From Octopus sinensis (taxonomy: Eukaryota), in NCBI RefSeq assembly GCF_006345805.1, contig NW_021834485.1:4085-68084 (forward strand): a stretch of DNA of 64,000 bases. The letters are read 5' to 3'. How positions within the stretch are numbered: position 1 is the stretch's first letter; every line of letters begins with the position of its first letter. This document shows positions 50,295-64,000 of the stretch, in pieces. Both the position numbers and the translations under genes were made by a program. The notes under the pieces are model-generated. The model saw nothing but the letters and a program-made list of their open reading frames with translations. It ran no database searches and was not told the origin of the DNA.

Positions 50295-51544
50295 CACGGG
50301 TTGGACAAAATAATGGAAACATCTTAAAATTTCAAACAAATTTATTTCAATATGGGGTAGGACCGCCTTTGGCAGTAATTACAGCTTGAATTCTACGAAG
50401 TATGGACTCGTACATAGTTTGGATTGTTTCCAAAGGAATTTTTGTCCATTCTTCAGTTAAATCAGTCTCCAATTCTTGTAGTGATGATGACGGAGGATAT
50501 CAACTTCTTACTTGTTTTTCTAAATGTTCTATAATATTGAGATCAGGGGACAATGGTGGCCAGAAAAGATGTTCAACTTCACTAGAATGTTCCTCGTGCC
50601 ATTCAGTAACAGCTTTAGCTGTGTGAATTGGTGCATTTATCATCCTGGAAGATTGCGTTTCCCTCCGGTTCCGCAACCAAAGGATGAATTTGGTCAGATA
50701 AAATGCTTAAATAGTCTTGACTATTAATTCTGCCATAAAGGAAAACCATTGGGCCGGTGGATTTCCAAGATATAGGCCCCCAGGCCATCACAGATCCTCC
50801 TCCATGTTTAACAGTTGGAAGAAGGCAGTCTGGGTCAAATGCTTCTTTTAGCTGTCTACACACGTATACTCGTCCGGTGGTCGGAAATAAGGTAAAAAAT
50901 GACTCAATCGAGAAAATAACATTCTTCCACTGCTCTAGGGGCTAATTATGTTGGTTTTTACTCCACTCTAAATGCTTTGCAACATTTGCTTTTGAAAGTA
51001 GTGGTTTTCTGATTGCAGCCCTCCTGTGAAATCCGGCTTTGTGCAGCTCCTGGCAAACAGTTTTTGTAAAAACTGGGTTTTCAAGGTGGTCATTAAGCTC
51101 TGCAGTAATTTTGGGAGCTGTACTTTTGTGATCCTTTCTAACAATTCGCGTAAGAGTCCAACAGTACCTATCTGAAAATTTTGGTTTTCTTCCGGAGTTT
51201 TATTTCGTCGAGGAGGTATTTCCCTCTTTCTCAAAGGCTGTCATTACTTTCGAGACAGTACTTCTTGATACCAAACATTTCAGCTGTTTTTCGCTACGCT
51301 AGCGCCTGCCATACGAGCACCAACAATTTGACCTCTTTGAAAGTCCGAATAGATCGGTCATTTTAATGAATTTTAATTATCTTTTCTGATGATATCTGAA
51401 AAGAAACAGCAACATTAGCAAAACATATTAAGCAACACTAATAATAAATCAAAAAACATAAAAAAAGCTTTTGACGGTTTTATAGATATTTTAAAATCAT
51501 GATGTTATAATGCTAGCTGTTTCCATTATTTTGTCCACCCCTTG
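50295..51544 (-). mobile_element. Full-length Tc1-family DNA transposon (1250 bp)
   Basis: TA on both sides; 27-bp TIRs CACGGGTTGGACAAAATAATGGAAACA / CAAGGGGTGGACAAAATAATGGAAACA (25/27). Confidence 0.95.
50347..51361 (-). pseudogene. Tc1 DDE transposase, frameshifted
   Basis: ATG at 51361; fragments DFQRGQIVGARMAGASV, PTVKHGGGSVMAWG, AIFQDD, SPDLNIIE, RIQAVITAKGGPTPY*; several frameshifts. Confidence 0.92.
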
Positions 51545-52109
51545 TATATACAAAGCTACATACATAGCTTCATACATATTAACTTATCAACATATATAAA
51601 CATATGATTTTTGTTATATCTCCACCTATATACGTAACGCACATATTGATTACCAATCCTAGAAATCAATATCCGCATTAATAATATATTACATAACACA
51701 CTCACACACGCATATGAATATAAATAAATATATATCTAAACATGTAGATGGGATGTATTTGTGTCAAATGAATCCTGCTAGTATATAATCGATGAAATTG
51801 TTCTCAGAATTTGTTCTAACACAACACAGCAGAGCATTTACCAAATGCATCCATCCAAATCAAAGGCTGGTGTTAACAATATATGACAATTGAGAAATCT
51901 TATCTTTGAGATAAATAATGAATGACCAACCCATAATTCCCTGAATAAACTTGATATGACCAATAGCATCTATTAATTATATAGCAAAGCATGAAGTTTG
52001 TCCAATTTACACAGGACACGCGATCACTGCGCTTTTACGTAGGTTAACAATGCACTTTGTGTTCAGAGCTGTTACAACACATGTAAGGTATATACAGAGA
52101 CACATCACC

Positions 52110-52145
<36 letters not shown>

Positions 52146-52249
52146 TACCATGTATAGAGAGACCCACTATTATATATATATATACACTACCATATATAGA
52201 GTAACCCACTAATATATATATATATATCATACTATATATATATGCCCGC

Positions 52250-52634
52250 TTCACAAGGCCAGCAATTTTGTGACGGGTGGGCAGTCAATTAAATCGATCC
52301 CAGTGCGTAACTGATACTTAATTTATCGACCCCGAAATGATGAAAGGCAAAGTCGACCTCGGCGAAATTTGAACTCAGAACATAGAGGCAGACGAAATAC
52401 CTATTTCTTTATTACCCACAAGGGGCTAAACACAGAGGGAACAAACAAGGACAGACATAGGTATTAAGTCGATTACATCGACCCCAGTGCGTAACTGGTT
52501 CTTAATTTATCGACCCCGAAATGATGAAAGGCAAAGTCGACCTCGGCGAAATTTGAACTCAGAACGTAGAGGCAGACGAAATACCACTAACCATTTCGCC
52601 CGGCGTGCTAACGTTTCTGCCGGCTCTCCGCCTT
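52250..52634 (-). mobile_element. SINE family A, two modules
   Basis: Reverse complement of family A. Confidence 0.9.
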
Positions 52635-52639
52635 AAACT

Positions 52640-52850
52640 CATGTAGTTATTGCAACACAATAAATAACATGTAGCAATTACAATACCACACACTGTAGAT
52701 TTACTACAGCACACTAGAAAATATAGAGTTAAAACTAAAGAACATGTAGCTATTGCAACGCAGCATGTAGCTATTACTACACAACATGCAGCTTATTACA
52801 ACACGCCGCACGACATGGAGATATTTTTAACACACGACACAATACGGAGC
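52640..52850 (+). repeat. Decayed short tandem repeat, resuming at about 53795-53915
   Basis: CATGTAG(C/T)TATT(A/G)CAACAC motif recurring every 20-30 bp. Confidence 0.6.
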
Positions 52851-52852
52851 TA

Positions 52853-53064
52853 CGAGGGAATACTGAAAGGTTCCTGACTTTAAGGGTGTCCCGAAAGGCT
52901 TGATTGGAGGCCCAACCTTCCAAGTTCTTTTACGGGGTTTTAAAAACTAAAGGACCGCAGTAATAAGCGTGTGAATCTGAGAGGGGAATATGTTGAATAA
53001 AATCATAATTAAATGATTCTCCTGTGTTTTCTTTTACACAAAACCAGGAACTTTTCAGTACTTA
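52853..53064 (+). mobile_element. Mariner-derived MITE, copy 1
   Basis: TA|CGAGGGAATACTGAAAGGTTCCTG ... CAGGAACTTTTCAGTAC; interior encodes a mariner C-terminus DRSNKRVNLRGEYVE*. Confidence 0.8.
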
Positions 53065-53164
53065 TATATGTATGTATGTGTACATGTTTGAATATAAGTA
53101 TGCGTTTATACACACACACACACATACACACACACAAACAAACAAATACATATACATATGTATA

Positions 53165-53788
53165 TAAGGGCACGCTGAAAAGTTCGTGGCCTTAAGGGTA
53201 TCGCGAAAGGTTTGGTTTAAGGGCCAACATTCCGAGTTCTTTTACAGGGCTTAGAAAACCTTAAGGACTACTGCAATAAATATGTGAATCTGAGAGGAGA
53301 ATATCTTTATATATAAAAGTGAAGTTGTGTGTCTGTCTGTCTCCTACGATTTAGATTCCTAACTACTCCCACATTTTGCGGTGCAGTGTAACCAAAAGCG
53401 GGTATCTTATAGTCGTGATTCATATCGAGCTCTTCTGGGTATTAGCGCGCGTCTACGATGAGTCTACGATTTAAAAAAAAATTTACCATAATTTTTTTCC
53501 CATTTTTAATGCATTTTTTTTGTTGCTATTATATAAGGGAAGTAACTCTCTAAAAATGTATTATTAAATCTCAGAACGTAAAAAGCTACAGTAACACCCC
53601 CCCTTTGTGGTTAGCCATATTGAGATGGCTATTATACTTTACATCTCTAAAAATGCTTATATAGTTATTTCCCTTATAAACCCGAGCAACGCCGGGCGAT
53701 ACTACTAGTGTTGAATAAAATCATAATTGACTGATCCTCCTGTATTTTCTTTTTTTCCTAAACCGGGGACTTCTACAGCATTCCCTCG
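53165..53788 (+). mobile_element. Mariner-derived MITE, copy 2, interrupted by a Helitron
   Basis: Colinear with copy 1 once 53304-53708 is removed; ends CCCTCG|TA. Confidence 0.8.
53304..53708 (+). mobile_element. Non-autonomous Helitron (405 bp)
   Basis: 5' TC, 3' CTAG, subterminal hairpin CCCGAGCAACGCCGGG (53681-53696); inserted between A and T with no TSD. Confidence 0.92.
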
Positions 53789-54964
53789 TATTATTATACT
53801 ACAGATCATTTAGTCGTTAAGAAACACCACACTAAATGTAGTTATTGCCAACCCACTACTGAATCCAAAGGCCTGATTGAAGGACTAGCTTAATATGTTG
53901 TTATTACGATACACTACATTGGACTAGATCTTTTTGTTAACCCGTACATAACATGGTCCGACAGCCCGGCTGTATGTTACAAGAAGTCATTGCATTGTAA
54001 TAACATGATAAGGAGCCATTGCCAGGCACGATGACATTACACAACGCAACACTAAATACTGGAAACAATTTACCGAACCATTTCCCGAAGGAATACTCAG
54101 CCGAAATTTACGAAAGAAAAAAAAGAAAAAGGAATGGAAAACAATAACTTCTGACAGAAATATAAAACTGAAGAATCAATTATCTCGGCTGAATATTGTT
54201 GGGGGATAAAGATGACAATGGCAGATTAAAATATGTTTAATCTAGGGGAAACGAAAAATGTGGTATTGATGCAACGAAACCATTAGAGATTCCTTCTTCC
54301 TTTGAATTCATCCTGCTATCAATCCTGCCATTCTGACATACGTTGTTTAGAATGAGCCTTGGTGTGGTCGATTGACTTGCTAAAAGTACCAGCCAAATCT
54401 GCCTCAGTTCACACTTTACTGTCTTTAGAAAATGATATTGTTTCTCTATGTATTATGATTAATTTATAAGAAGGAATAGCCACTAATGGAATGGCTCTGA
54501 AAATAGTTTCTTCTGGTTCAACACTGACCAGGGGTTAAATAACGACGACGATGACAACAACAACGACAACGACGAAAACAAAAACAAAATGTCGTCAACA
54601 CTATCAAGGGTGCTTCAAGATGACATTTTGTCCAGCATGACATAGCAGACAAATTACCCTCAAAATATTTCTACCGTCTTATTGAAAGCAAAGACAAATT
54701 GCATTATGTGTTTACAGATACACCATGTTTAATTATAAGAGGAAAAGGTCATAAATGGAACGTCTTCGATCATAAGTCTTCTCGAAAAGTGTTGAGACAA
54801 TAGGGGGGTTAGGGCTTAGAACATCTACATACCTGAATTTATTTATACACTAAAATCTCGAAGAGTAGTGATCACCCACACAGACATAAATATATATATA
54901 TTTATGTATATATATATATATATATATATATTTATGTATATATATATATATATTATATATATAT

Positions 54965-55039
<75 letters not shown>

Positions 55040-55255
55040 CATTCTTTTATTCTTTTATGTGTTTCGGTCATTTGACTTCGGCCATGCTGCAGCAGCACCT
55101 TTATTCGAACAACTCGACACCAGGACATTTTTCGTTGTAAGCCTTGTACTTATTCTGTCGGTCATTTTGCCGAATCGCCAAGTTACGGGGACGTAAACAT
55201 ACCAACATCGGTTGTCAAACGATGGAAGGGGACAAACACAGACACATACAAATAT
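55040..55255 (-). mobile_element. SINE family B, 3' half
   Basis: Reverse complement of the family B tail. Confidence 0.75.
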
Positions 55256-55266
55256 ATGTGCGTGTG

Positions 55267-55322
<56 letters not shown>

Positions 55323-55349
55323 AGAAGACTCTCACAACCATCATAGAAC

Positions 55350-55414
<65 letters not shown>

Positions 55415-57363
55415 AAGCAGTAGCAGCAGTAGCAACAGTAGTAAGTGGAGGAAGAGGAAGAGTAGGAGGAACAATGACTATAGTAACAGCAGCAACAACA
55501 AAACCATAGACGAGAAGAAAAGAACAAACACTTCTGACATACCCACCACCACCACCACCACCATCCTCCCCTCCACCACCAGTGCAGTTGCACTCTGAGG
55601 CACCCTATCCCCACCCTGCCCCTACAGACTCACCACCTTCTCCCGTCACACCGCCATTGATGTTCCAAAGCGCGGGAAACTTTACGTAAAAGAGATTTAT
55701 ATCGTTTGAGTTTTGTTGTTGGTTGTCTTAACGACTGTCTGGGGATATCGAAACGGTTATAGCAGCATTCGATTTGTTTCGATTGAGCCACCAACACCAC
55801 CACCACCACAACCACCATCACCACCATGAATTCTTCGCCACCACTACTACCACCACAGCCACCACCATCATCACAGCTCTACCACTACCATCACCGCTCC
55901 GTCACCACCATCACCGCTCTGGCACCGTCACCACCACCGCCACTCGACCACCACCATTATCGCTCCGCCACCACCTTCTCCGATACACCACCGCTCCGCC
56001 GCCACGACCATCACCACCACTACTATTTACCTCTTCTCTCCACCATTCGCCAACACCATCACCAACTTTGCCATAACTTACATCATAACATCATTTCACC
56101 TAACACCACCACCACCACAGTCATCATCTTCATCATCTTCATCGTCGTCATCCTCCTCCTCCTCCTCATCATCATCATCATCTCTACTACGATCAACACT
56201 ACCACCGCCACCATCACAATCTTCACCACCATCTTCTCCACCATTCTGATACTAACAACAATAATAAAGACGCTCGTACTATCATCAACACTTATTCACT
56301 GTCACAATCACCACCACCACCATCATCACTGCATAATATTACAACTACAACCACAACCACCACCACCACATTTGTGTAATAACACCACCACCATCAGCAC
56401 TGCATAATACTACAACCACAACCTCCACCGCCAGCACCAGCACCGTTACGTAAAAACGCCACCACCACCACAACCATTCTTCATAACAACCCCAAACCTC
56501 GCCATTTCTACGCCATTGCTAATCATGCTACCCTGAGACAAAACCTAGGCTCGAAAGAATTGGCCTTCACCGACTTCTCGCACAGACAGACATGCATTCA
56601 CGCCACTGCATCACAACTACCACCACCAGCACCATCATTACCACCTCCTGTATTACCCAGAATTCCGCAGCACATTACCAGACGTACAACGACACCACAC
56701 CCACCCACTCACCCCCTTACGCATCGTCTCCCAGTTATAATTGCGTTTATATTAATAACGTCTCTACATCATCAGACACATCATATCCACCACCGCCACC
56801 ATCATGAGATACAAAACACCACCACCACCACCGCGAACAGACACCGCACCGCCAAAAAAATTAAAGGCCTCAGTAGGACAGTACACACCTCCCACCGCTA
56901 AACACAACCCAAAACATCAGCAGAAACCTACACACCGCCGCTACCGAAACGCAATACGTACAGCACACCACACCATCAGAAACCCAGCATACCCCCAGCA
57001 GGGACAGTACACACCCCAACACCACCACGCCTCGTCACCAATTCCACATAGAGATGTTTACAATATATTTATTTGTCTATTATCTTAACGACCAACATTT
57101 CACCACAACTGAATCAAGCAAATAGTACAGACGTCCTAAACAATTAAGACTGTTCTTCTTTATTGGCGAACGTATTGCTGTGTTTTGGAGATTGTATATG
57201 CATTCATGATGTATATACACACATGTGCGAGCACCAACATATACACACATTTACACATTTATGAGTGTATGAAAATAGTCTATTACGTCTATTATCTGCA
57301 TTTTCTTTAATTTGTTTATATACGCATATGTATATATATTGATATACATGCATATATACTTAA

Positions 57364-57442
<79 letters not shown>

Positions 57443-57559
57443 ACACATATATATGTATACATACGTATATACGTATATAAATATACATACATATATATAT
57501 GTGTGTGTATATATATGCATGTATATATAAACAAGGAAAATGCCGGTAATAGACATGTG

Positions 57560-57615
<56 letters not shown>

Positions 57616-57867
57616 AAATAAGAAAATGGAGAAATATATCTAAATCATTCATCAACTATCAGATAATACCGAATCATATCTTTATTAAAACACTACACAA
57701 GAGCATTAAGATTAGACATTAATACAGTACAATAATTACAATCAATATAATGAGATATAACTAAATAAATATAACAAGATATAAAAATACATATACATTA
57801 TAATTGACAGCTGTTTCGGCCATGCAGATATGTATGTCTCATTTAACCTATATTAGCCATATATTGC

Positions 57868-57925
<58 letters not shown>

Positions 57926-57939
57926 ATATATATATACAT

Positions 57940-58303
57940 ATGTATATATGGGTACAGGACGTCACCAACAGTAAACAACATGAATACGAAAACAAATGAG
58001 CTCAATGCGCAAACAACGAGAGAAACAAATGGAAAACAGGACAAGTAACATAAAGAACGACCCTTCATCAGTTTGTCGGCTGTCAATCTACTCCTCATTT
58101 CGAGCATTGAACGGCAATATGAGTTGCTCCCATAAGTACCAAAATAAAATTTGGGATTTATGGATTGTCAAAATTGGGAACAAAAACAGGACAGGGGAGA
58201 CATACAAGGAAATCTAACGAAAACAAACATGGAGGGACGTTACACCAGAACGAGGGTAAAATAGCGAACGCTGGAGAAATATTTCATGCTGTTTATTGTC
58301 GTG

Positions 58304-58310
<7 letters not shown>
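57940..58310 (-). mobile_element. Penelope-like terminal-repeat family related to family 2
   Basis: Minus strand CTC-GAAA-TGAGGAGTAGA...CTGATGA-A-GGG then CTTGTCCTGTT...GACGTCCTGTAC, paralleling 49975-50135; flanked by microsatellites. Confidence 0.55.
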
Positions 58311-58355
<45 letters not shown>

Positions 58356-58674
58356 GCACAATATATGGATTTATATCATCTAGTAGTGTTAATCACAAAA
58401 ACACCTTTATTGGACCGGGTTACAATCCAATAGTAAACCAGAAGGTTAAGAGTGTAGTGCAAAGTCCTATGCAGTTGGAATCCAGTGAATCAATCAGTGA
58501 AAATGGTTTCATGAGGCCTGTATTACATAAAATAGACCTGTGTGTCTGTTCGCTTTTCAGTCAAAAACCGCTATGCGAATTGGTTCCATAATTGATGTGC
58601 ATGAATAATTTGACCTCGGATACATAATAGGGTCTTCATTTATTTCTTTTATTAAAACTAAGTTAAGTCAATAA

Positions 58675-58905
58675 TATTATTTTCTACTCTAGGCACAAGG
58701 CCCGAAATTTTTTGTGGTGGGGGTAGGGGGCCAGTCGATTAGATCGACCCCAGTACGCAAATGACCCTTAGTTTATCGACCCCGAAAGGATAAAAGCAAG
58801 TCGACCTTGGCGGAATTTGGATTCAGAACGTAAAGACAGACGAAATACTGCCAAGCATTTCCATTTCGCCTAGCATGCTAACGGTTCTGCCAGCTCGCTG
58901 CCTTT
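58675..58905 (-). mobile_element. SINE family A
   Basis: Reverse complement of family A. Confidence 0.85.
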
Positions 58906-58917
58906 AAACTAAATGTT

Positions 58918-59217
58918 GCTTTATATATATGATTCACTTCTTTAAAAAAAAAAAGGGGGGGGGGGTTCAATGTCAACTTCCGGTATTGACGTAGCAAGGG
59001 GATTTTCAATGCTTAGTTCCAGTACTGACGTAGCAGCTACCGCTACCTAGACAGACACATGTATGTATGACCGCTTTTATTTCATTTCAGAACCTGTGTT
59101 CTTGAGTACTAAATGTATTACTTTCTGAGAAATACACTGACTTTACACTACAAGCAAAGAGTTCAATGTTCAGGCTATGAGTTTATAACCCGAATGAAAC
59201 CGGGTCCTTCTGCTTGT
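58918..59217 (+). mobile_element. Probable degenerate non-autonomous Helitron
   Basis: Starts CTTTATATATA like 53304; ends with hairpin ACCCG-AATGAAAC-CGGGT and CTTG|T (CTAG variant). Confidence 0.5.
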
Positions 59218-59329
59218 AGAACATAAAGTTTAACAGAAATCTGTGGAATCATACATGCAAAATGTGGATCCTTAATTGTAAGTTTTTATCGGGATAAGAA
59301 CTTCGTTGTTGGTTGTTTCCTATAATTAT

Positions 59330-59830
59330 TTATTGAATGACATTTGAAATTCCTGACAATCCCCAGCTTCATTTGTTGTATGATAAAAGAGTCGCCGAGG
59401 GGATACGTAAAATGTAAAACTATTTCCATAAGCAGAAACCAACTGAGATTCAAGAATGAACTTCGGGGTTATCAAAGTTCATGACAAATTAAATGTGTAA
59501 GGATTGGCCCATATCAAGTAAATTAAGTTGAATTGCAGGTACAGAATCGTGAGTAAACCAATTATGGAATAATACTTCAGCCAGTCATGCATTCTTTGCG
59601 GAATGAGACACGCAAATGTTTGGTTCTTTTCAAGGCTTTATGACGATGGAACTTACCAGTCCCAAAGAGTTCTATATGCTGAGCAGATGTATTTGCGTGT
59701 CTAAGAACTTTCAATCGTTCTCTATTAGACTTGAAACCACTAACATTTGCATCATTAGAACTTCCACAAATTTTCTTTGGTAAGCATTTCCAATAAAGAC
59801 TAGTTTTACCGGCATCGTATACTTAATTAT
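59330..59830 (-). pseudogene. pogo/Tigger (Jerky/TIGD-like) DDE transposase remnant, missing from the ORF track
   Basis: Minus strand reads VYDAGKTSLYWKCLPKK..VSGFKSNRERLKVL.HANTS..GTGK, then KNA*..FHNWF.HDSVP, NFDN..VH, IQQMKLGIVRNFK, matching the pattern YNADETGLYWK..P / GFK.KERLTV / NAWM / LDN..H / QPMDQG. Confidence 0.85.
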
Positions 59831-60338
59831 GTTCTGTTAAAGGTCTTCCAGCTGACGTGGCTTTCGAAAGATAGCACCTTGGCTACTAAAAAATCAGATT
59901 TGTGGCCAATTTTGGTAATTACCCGAAATAGCTGGTTTATAGAGAGTTCCTCGTAGGATAACTCCACATTATTTACTCGCTCAGATTTCTGTAAGCTATT
60001 GAAAATATAGTCTTTGGATATATTTGGAGAACGTTGCTTCAGCAGACAATGCCAAACCGAAGTCAGTAAGGGATTCTATAATTTTTGCAACGGTTCCTTT
60101 GTTTTCGTGCAAGATGAAAGATTTTGTTGAGAATCTTCTATCCATAACGGAGGGCAACACAAGAACATTTGACAACATTGACAAACAGTCTTGTTGTTTA
60201 TTTGTCCAGTTCTGTAAAATAACTCAGTCTTGTTACATCTCTTTATTTGCCAACATCATTTCAAACATTACTTTAGAGCTGTTCGTAGAGATGTGCTTAT
60301 TTATATAGCCATTAATATGTATGCTAATAGGATTTTGT

Positions 60339-60388
<50 letters not shown>

Positions 60389-60393
<5 letters not shown>

Positions 60394-60590
60394 GTTAATC
60401 CAAACATGAAAACACAAAGAGAAAACACAACAACGCGAGGACATGGACAAATATAGTATTATTGGACGCTCAGGAAGGAAGGAAGAAGGAGGGTTTAACG
60501 TTTCGAGCGGAGCTCTTCGTCGGAAACGTAGGAGAAGGAAAGATCCAGAGAAGGAAGACAGGAAAAAAATCGCCAACGTACACACGCGAT
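60389..60590 (-). mobile_element. Hammerhead-bearing repeat, motif at 60493-60527
   Basis: Reverse complement nearly identical to 22066-22272; (TA)n on both sides. Confidence 0.75.
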
Positions 60591-60599
60591 ATATATATT

Positions 60600-60636
<37 letters not shown>

Positions 60637-60657
60637 ATATATATATATATATATATA

Positions 60658-60704
<47 letters not shown>

Positions 60705-61119
60705 GATGGAGGTGTATAAACATTCAAACAACAAGAGAGTATTTGCGATGAACTCCGCTACTCTTGGACGAAAGCAAGCGTCGATAAAATGATTCATATA
60801 CTTATATAAATATGAATATACCGAAGTAAATATGTATATGTGTATACACAGACATACGCACAGGCACGCATATATACACATATACACATACATACATACA
60901 CACACACGCACATACATACATATATACATACATACATACATACATACATACATACATACACATATATGTACGTATATACATAGACTACGTATTAGGTTAC
61001 AGACATAAATAAATATACCATATAGTACACATACACATAGACCTATATATATATATATATATATATATGCATACACATATTTGATATGCATATGTAGGCA
61101 TGATTATATATACATATTG

Positions 61120-61154
<35 letters not shown>

Positions 61155-61406
61155 GTGTGTGTGTGTGTACATATTTAATTGGCATATATGACTATATATA
61201 TATATATACATATGTGTATATATATATATGTATATATAATGTACTATCTAAATATATATATATAATATATATATATATATGTATGTATGTATATGTTTTG
61301 TATATATATATATATAGATAGATAGATCTATATATTTAATTGGCATATATGCCTACATATGTGTGTGAGTAAGTGAGAGTTTGTGTGTGTTGTGTGTGTG
61401 TGTGTT

Positions 61407-61439
<33 letters not shown>

Positions 61440-62595
61440 GTGTGTGCATGTGTGCACGCGTGCATGCGTATGTGAGCGTACCCCCATAGAACAAAGGCCG
61501 TATCGCCAATGTCCTCGGCCAGTCTGCCTCTGTGCATGAATGACTACGAGCATATGTTATCACATTGTAAACTTGACATTGTCATCACAAAACACAAAAG
61601 AAAAAAAAAAGAAAAACAAAAAAAAGAAAAAAACAAAGAAAAAATACAAACAACAAACGACATGTGTGCTCCAGTGCGCGCGCGAACGCGTGTACACGAT
61701 CGCCTGCCCGTGTGCCAGAGCGTGGATGTGTGCTTATGTTATTGTAGATGTGCGCGTGTGTGTGTTTTGCGTCTTATGATTCTTCTGTCAGCTCGAGTGG
61801 CCAAATATGTGTGTGTGTATGTGTGTGTGTATGTGTGTGTGTGATACACCTTTATGTTATGTATACATATATATATAATATATATATATATATTATATAA
61901 TCTATATATATCTCCCCTATATATATAATATATATATACATATATATATATTATATAATATATATACACGCACACACATATATACTATATATGTATATAC
62001 GTAAACACAGAAATATATGTACATACACATATATACAAACATATATGTATATATATAAATATATACATATATACATATATATATATAAGTGACTAAATGA
62101 ACACGATAAACACGTACACACAAAAATACATCCATCCATCAATACATACATACATACATACATACATACATACAAACATACATACATACGTACATACATA
62201 CATGCACGTATACACACATGCATAGGCACACGAACGTCCCTGTTATTCAAACTAGGATTTCACACGTCCCCGCTAATCAATAATCTATGAGTAATAACAA
62301 TAATAATGATGACAAGATGTGAAAAGAGGGATGCAGAGGAAAAGAAAGAAAGGAAAAACAACAACAGAATATAACTATGTGGATTTATAGGTGGATATGT
62401 GTGTATGCGTGAGTTTTTCATCTAATTATAACGACACGTGACCTTTGTTTTTCTTTTTTTTCTTCTGTTTTTTCTTCTTTTCGTTTGTCCTTCTGAAGCA
62501 GTCATTCATAAAACGGAGAGGAACGATGTTTGATTCATAATTTATTGATGGTCAAAGTGAACGGGTGGCTGAATGGATTTGTATGTATGTATGTT

Positions 62596-62675
<80 letters not shown>

Positions 62676-62754
62676 TAGATAGATAGATAGATATACAGAT
62701 AGACAGACGGACGGACGGATGGACTGATAGACAGACGGATAGATAGTTTTACAT

Positions 62755-63035
62755 ATTCTTTTATTTATTTCGGTCATTAGACTGCGGCCATGCTGGGGCA
62801 CCTCGTTGAAGAATTTTTAGTCGAATGAATCGACTCCAGTACTTACATTCTTTTCTTGTTTTTTTTTTATATTTGTTTTTAAGTATCTATTCTTTCGGTC
62901 TCTCTTGCTAAATCGATAAGTTATGAGGACGTAAACACGTCAACACCGGTTGACATTCAGTAGTAAGAGACAAACACATACCAAACACGACGGGCTTCTT
63001 ACAGTTTCCGTCTACAAATTCATACACAAGTGGTC
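62755..63035 (-). mobile_element. Diverged SINE family B
   Basis: Reverse complement of tail and body. Confidence 0.7.
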
Positions 63036-63051
63036 GGCATGTATGTATGTA

Positions 63052-63740
63052 CTTGCAGCATAGCCCGGCGTTGCCCGGGTAAGAACCTTTGTCGATAAGC
63101 AATGCCCTTTACCCTTTTACCCTTTTTTGTACTCATTGAACCGTTATTTTGTAAAATGAAACCTAAAAGGCATTAAGGCATTCAAGGCACCGTTCCCTTG
63201 CATGCATGAAGAAGTAGGAAAGATCTATGTGAACTTTTTAAAAATATCGCAGAAAAATCGGTTTGCTATGTGTGCCACATATGATGTAATTAACCGATTT
63301 TTTCCAGCAATAACGTATCCTATTGGAATCAAAAGGGCTCCATAGCTCCTTGGAGTAGACATGATGCTCGCTGTGAATTTCAAAAAAAGTCATGCCAATT
63401 TATTAAAGATATTGTCGAAAATATGTCATCTTGAATTTGAACGCGATTTCCCAAAATGGCATGATTTTATCGATTTTTTCTGATGGTAAGGTATTGCATG
63501 GAACTAACGTCAGAATTAAGTTTCTTAGGGTAACATTAAGCTTCACCATGAGTTTGGTGAAAATCGATTGCAGGTTGCGAAAACTACAACAGAAAATGTG
63601 TTGCATATAAAAAGCTTAGATTCTCGACCCCATGTCGAATTTATCGATTTTTTCAGAACTGGGGAAACTTTTCAAAATTTTCGCTGCGTTAGTTTTGAAT
63701 TATGACATTGGGCTATGTGTGTGTCAAGTTTCATCAGATA
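63052..63740 (-). mobile_element. Non-autonomous Helitron (3' end clear, 5' end uncertain)
   Basis: Minus strand 3' hairpin CCCGGGCAACGCCGGG (63064-63079) followed by CTATGCTGCAAG|T. Confidence 0.65.
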
Positions 63741-63826
63741 GGTATACGCACATATAAATATGTCTGTCTGTATGTATATTATGTATTTATGCGTTCATAT
63801 ACGTTCATAAAAGAATTCCTTTAATC

Positions 63827-63959
63827 CAGAGTTCTGCAACCATTTTTCACTTGAACTAAAAATATTGGGGGAAAAATTATATACAGGTTACACTGCGGCA
63901 CACCTGGCATTGTTTCGTGACACACCAGTGTACCGCGATATACCAGTTGCAGAGCACTG
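63827..63959. mobile_element. hAT-type MITE
   Basis: TIRs CAGAGTTCTGCAAC / GTTGCAGAGCACTG; 8-bp TSD CTTTAATC / CCTTAATC (7/8). Confidence 0.8.
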
Positions 63960-64000
63960 CCTTAATCTAATGAGTTTAGACGAATTAAAAATTGAAGGAA

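Noticed and set aside
55826-57088. Pro/His/Thr-rich ORFs
   Set aside because: The C/A-rich degenerate (CAC)n strand is naturally stop-poor; no recognisable domain.

Overview
This is eukaryotic, AT-rich, almost entirely non-coding DNA (intronic or intergenic). The dense (AT)n/(AC)n/(GATA)n/(ATC)n microsatellites and the particular tRNA-derived SINE families look like an Octopus (coleoid cephalopod) genome; that assignment is from recognition of the repeats, not from a search. I find no intact protein-coding gene, and nearly all supplied ORFs are microsatellite or SINE translations. Mobile elements: at least four SINE families (labelled A-D here), a full-length but frameshifted Tc1 element (50295-51544), and decayed mariner, pogo/Tigger and RTE-like coding remnants. 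There are also piggyBac-, hAT-, Tigger- and mariner-type MITEs and three non-autonomous Helitrons. A 3-kb block (14413-17430) consists of two satellites. Highlights: (1) several short dispersed repeats carry hammerhead-ribozyme cores (Penelope-like/retrozyme-like), including a direct-repeat pair and families with the core boxes in permuted order; (2) a 34-bp minisatellite derives from an internal SINE segment; (3) a fold-back satellite is packed with NF-kB/STAT/ETS-like motifs; (4) a LINE-like 3' end shares its tail with SINE family A; (5) a few unique islands look like an exon, a promoter or enhancers. All coordinates were read by eye and may be off by a few bases.
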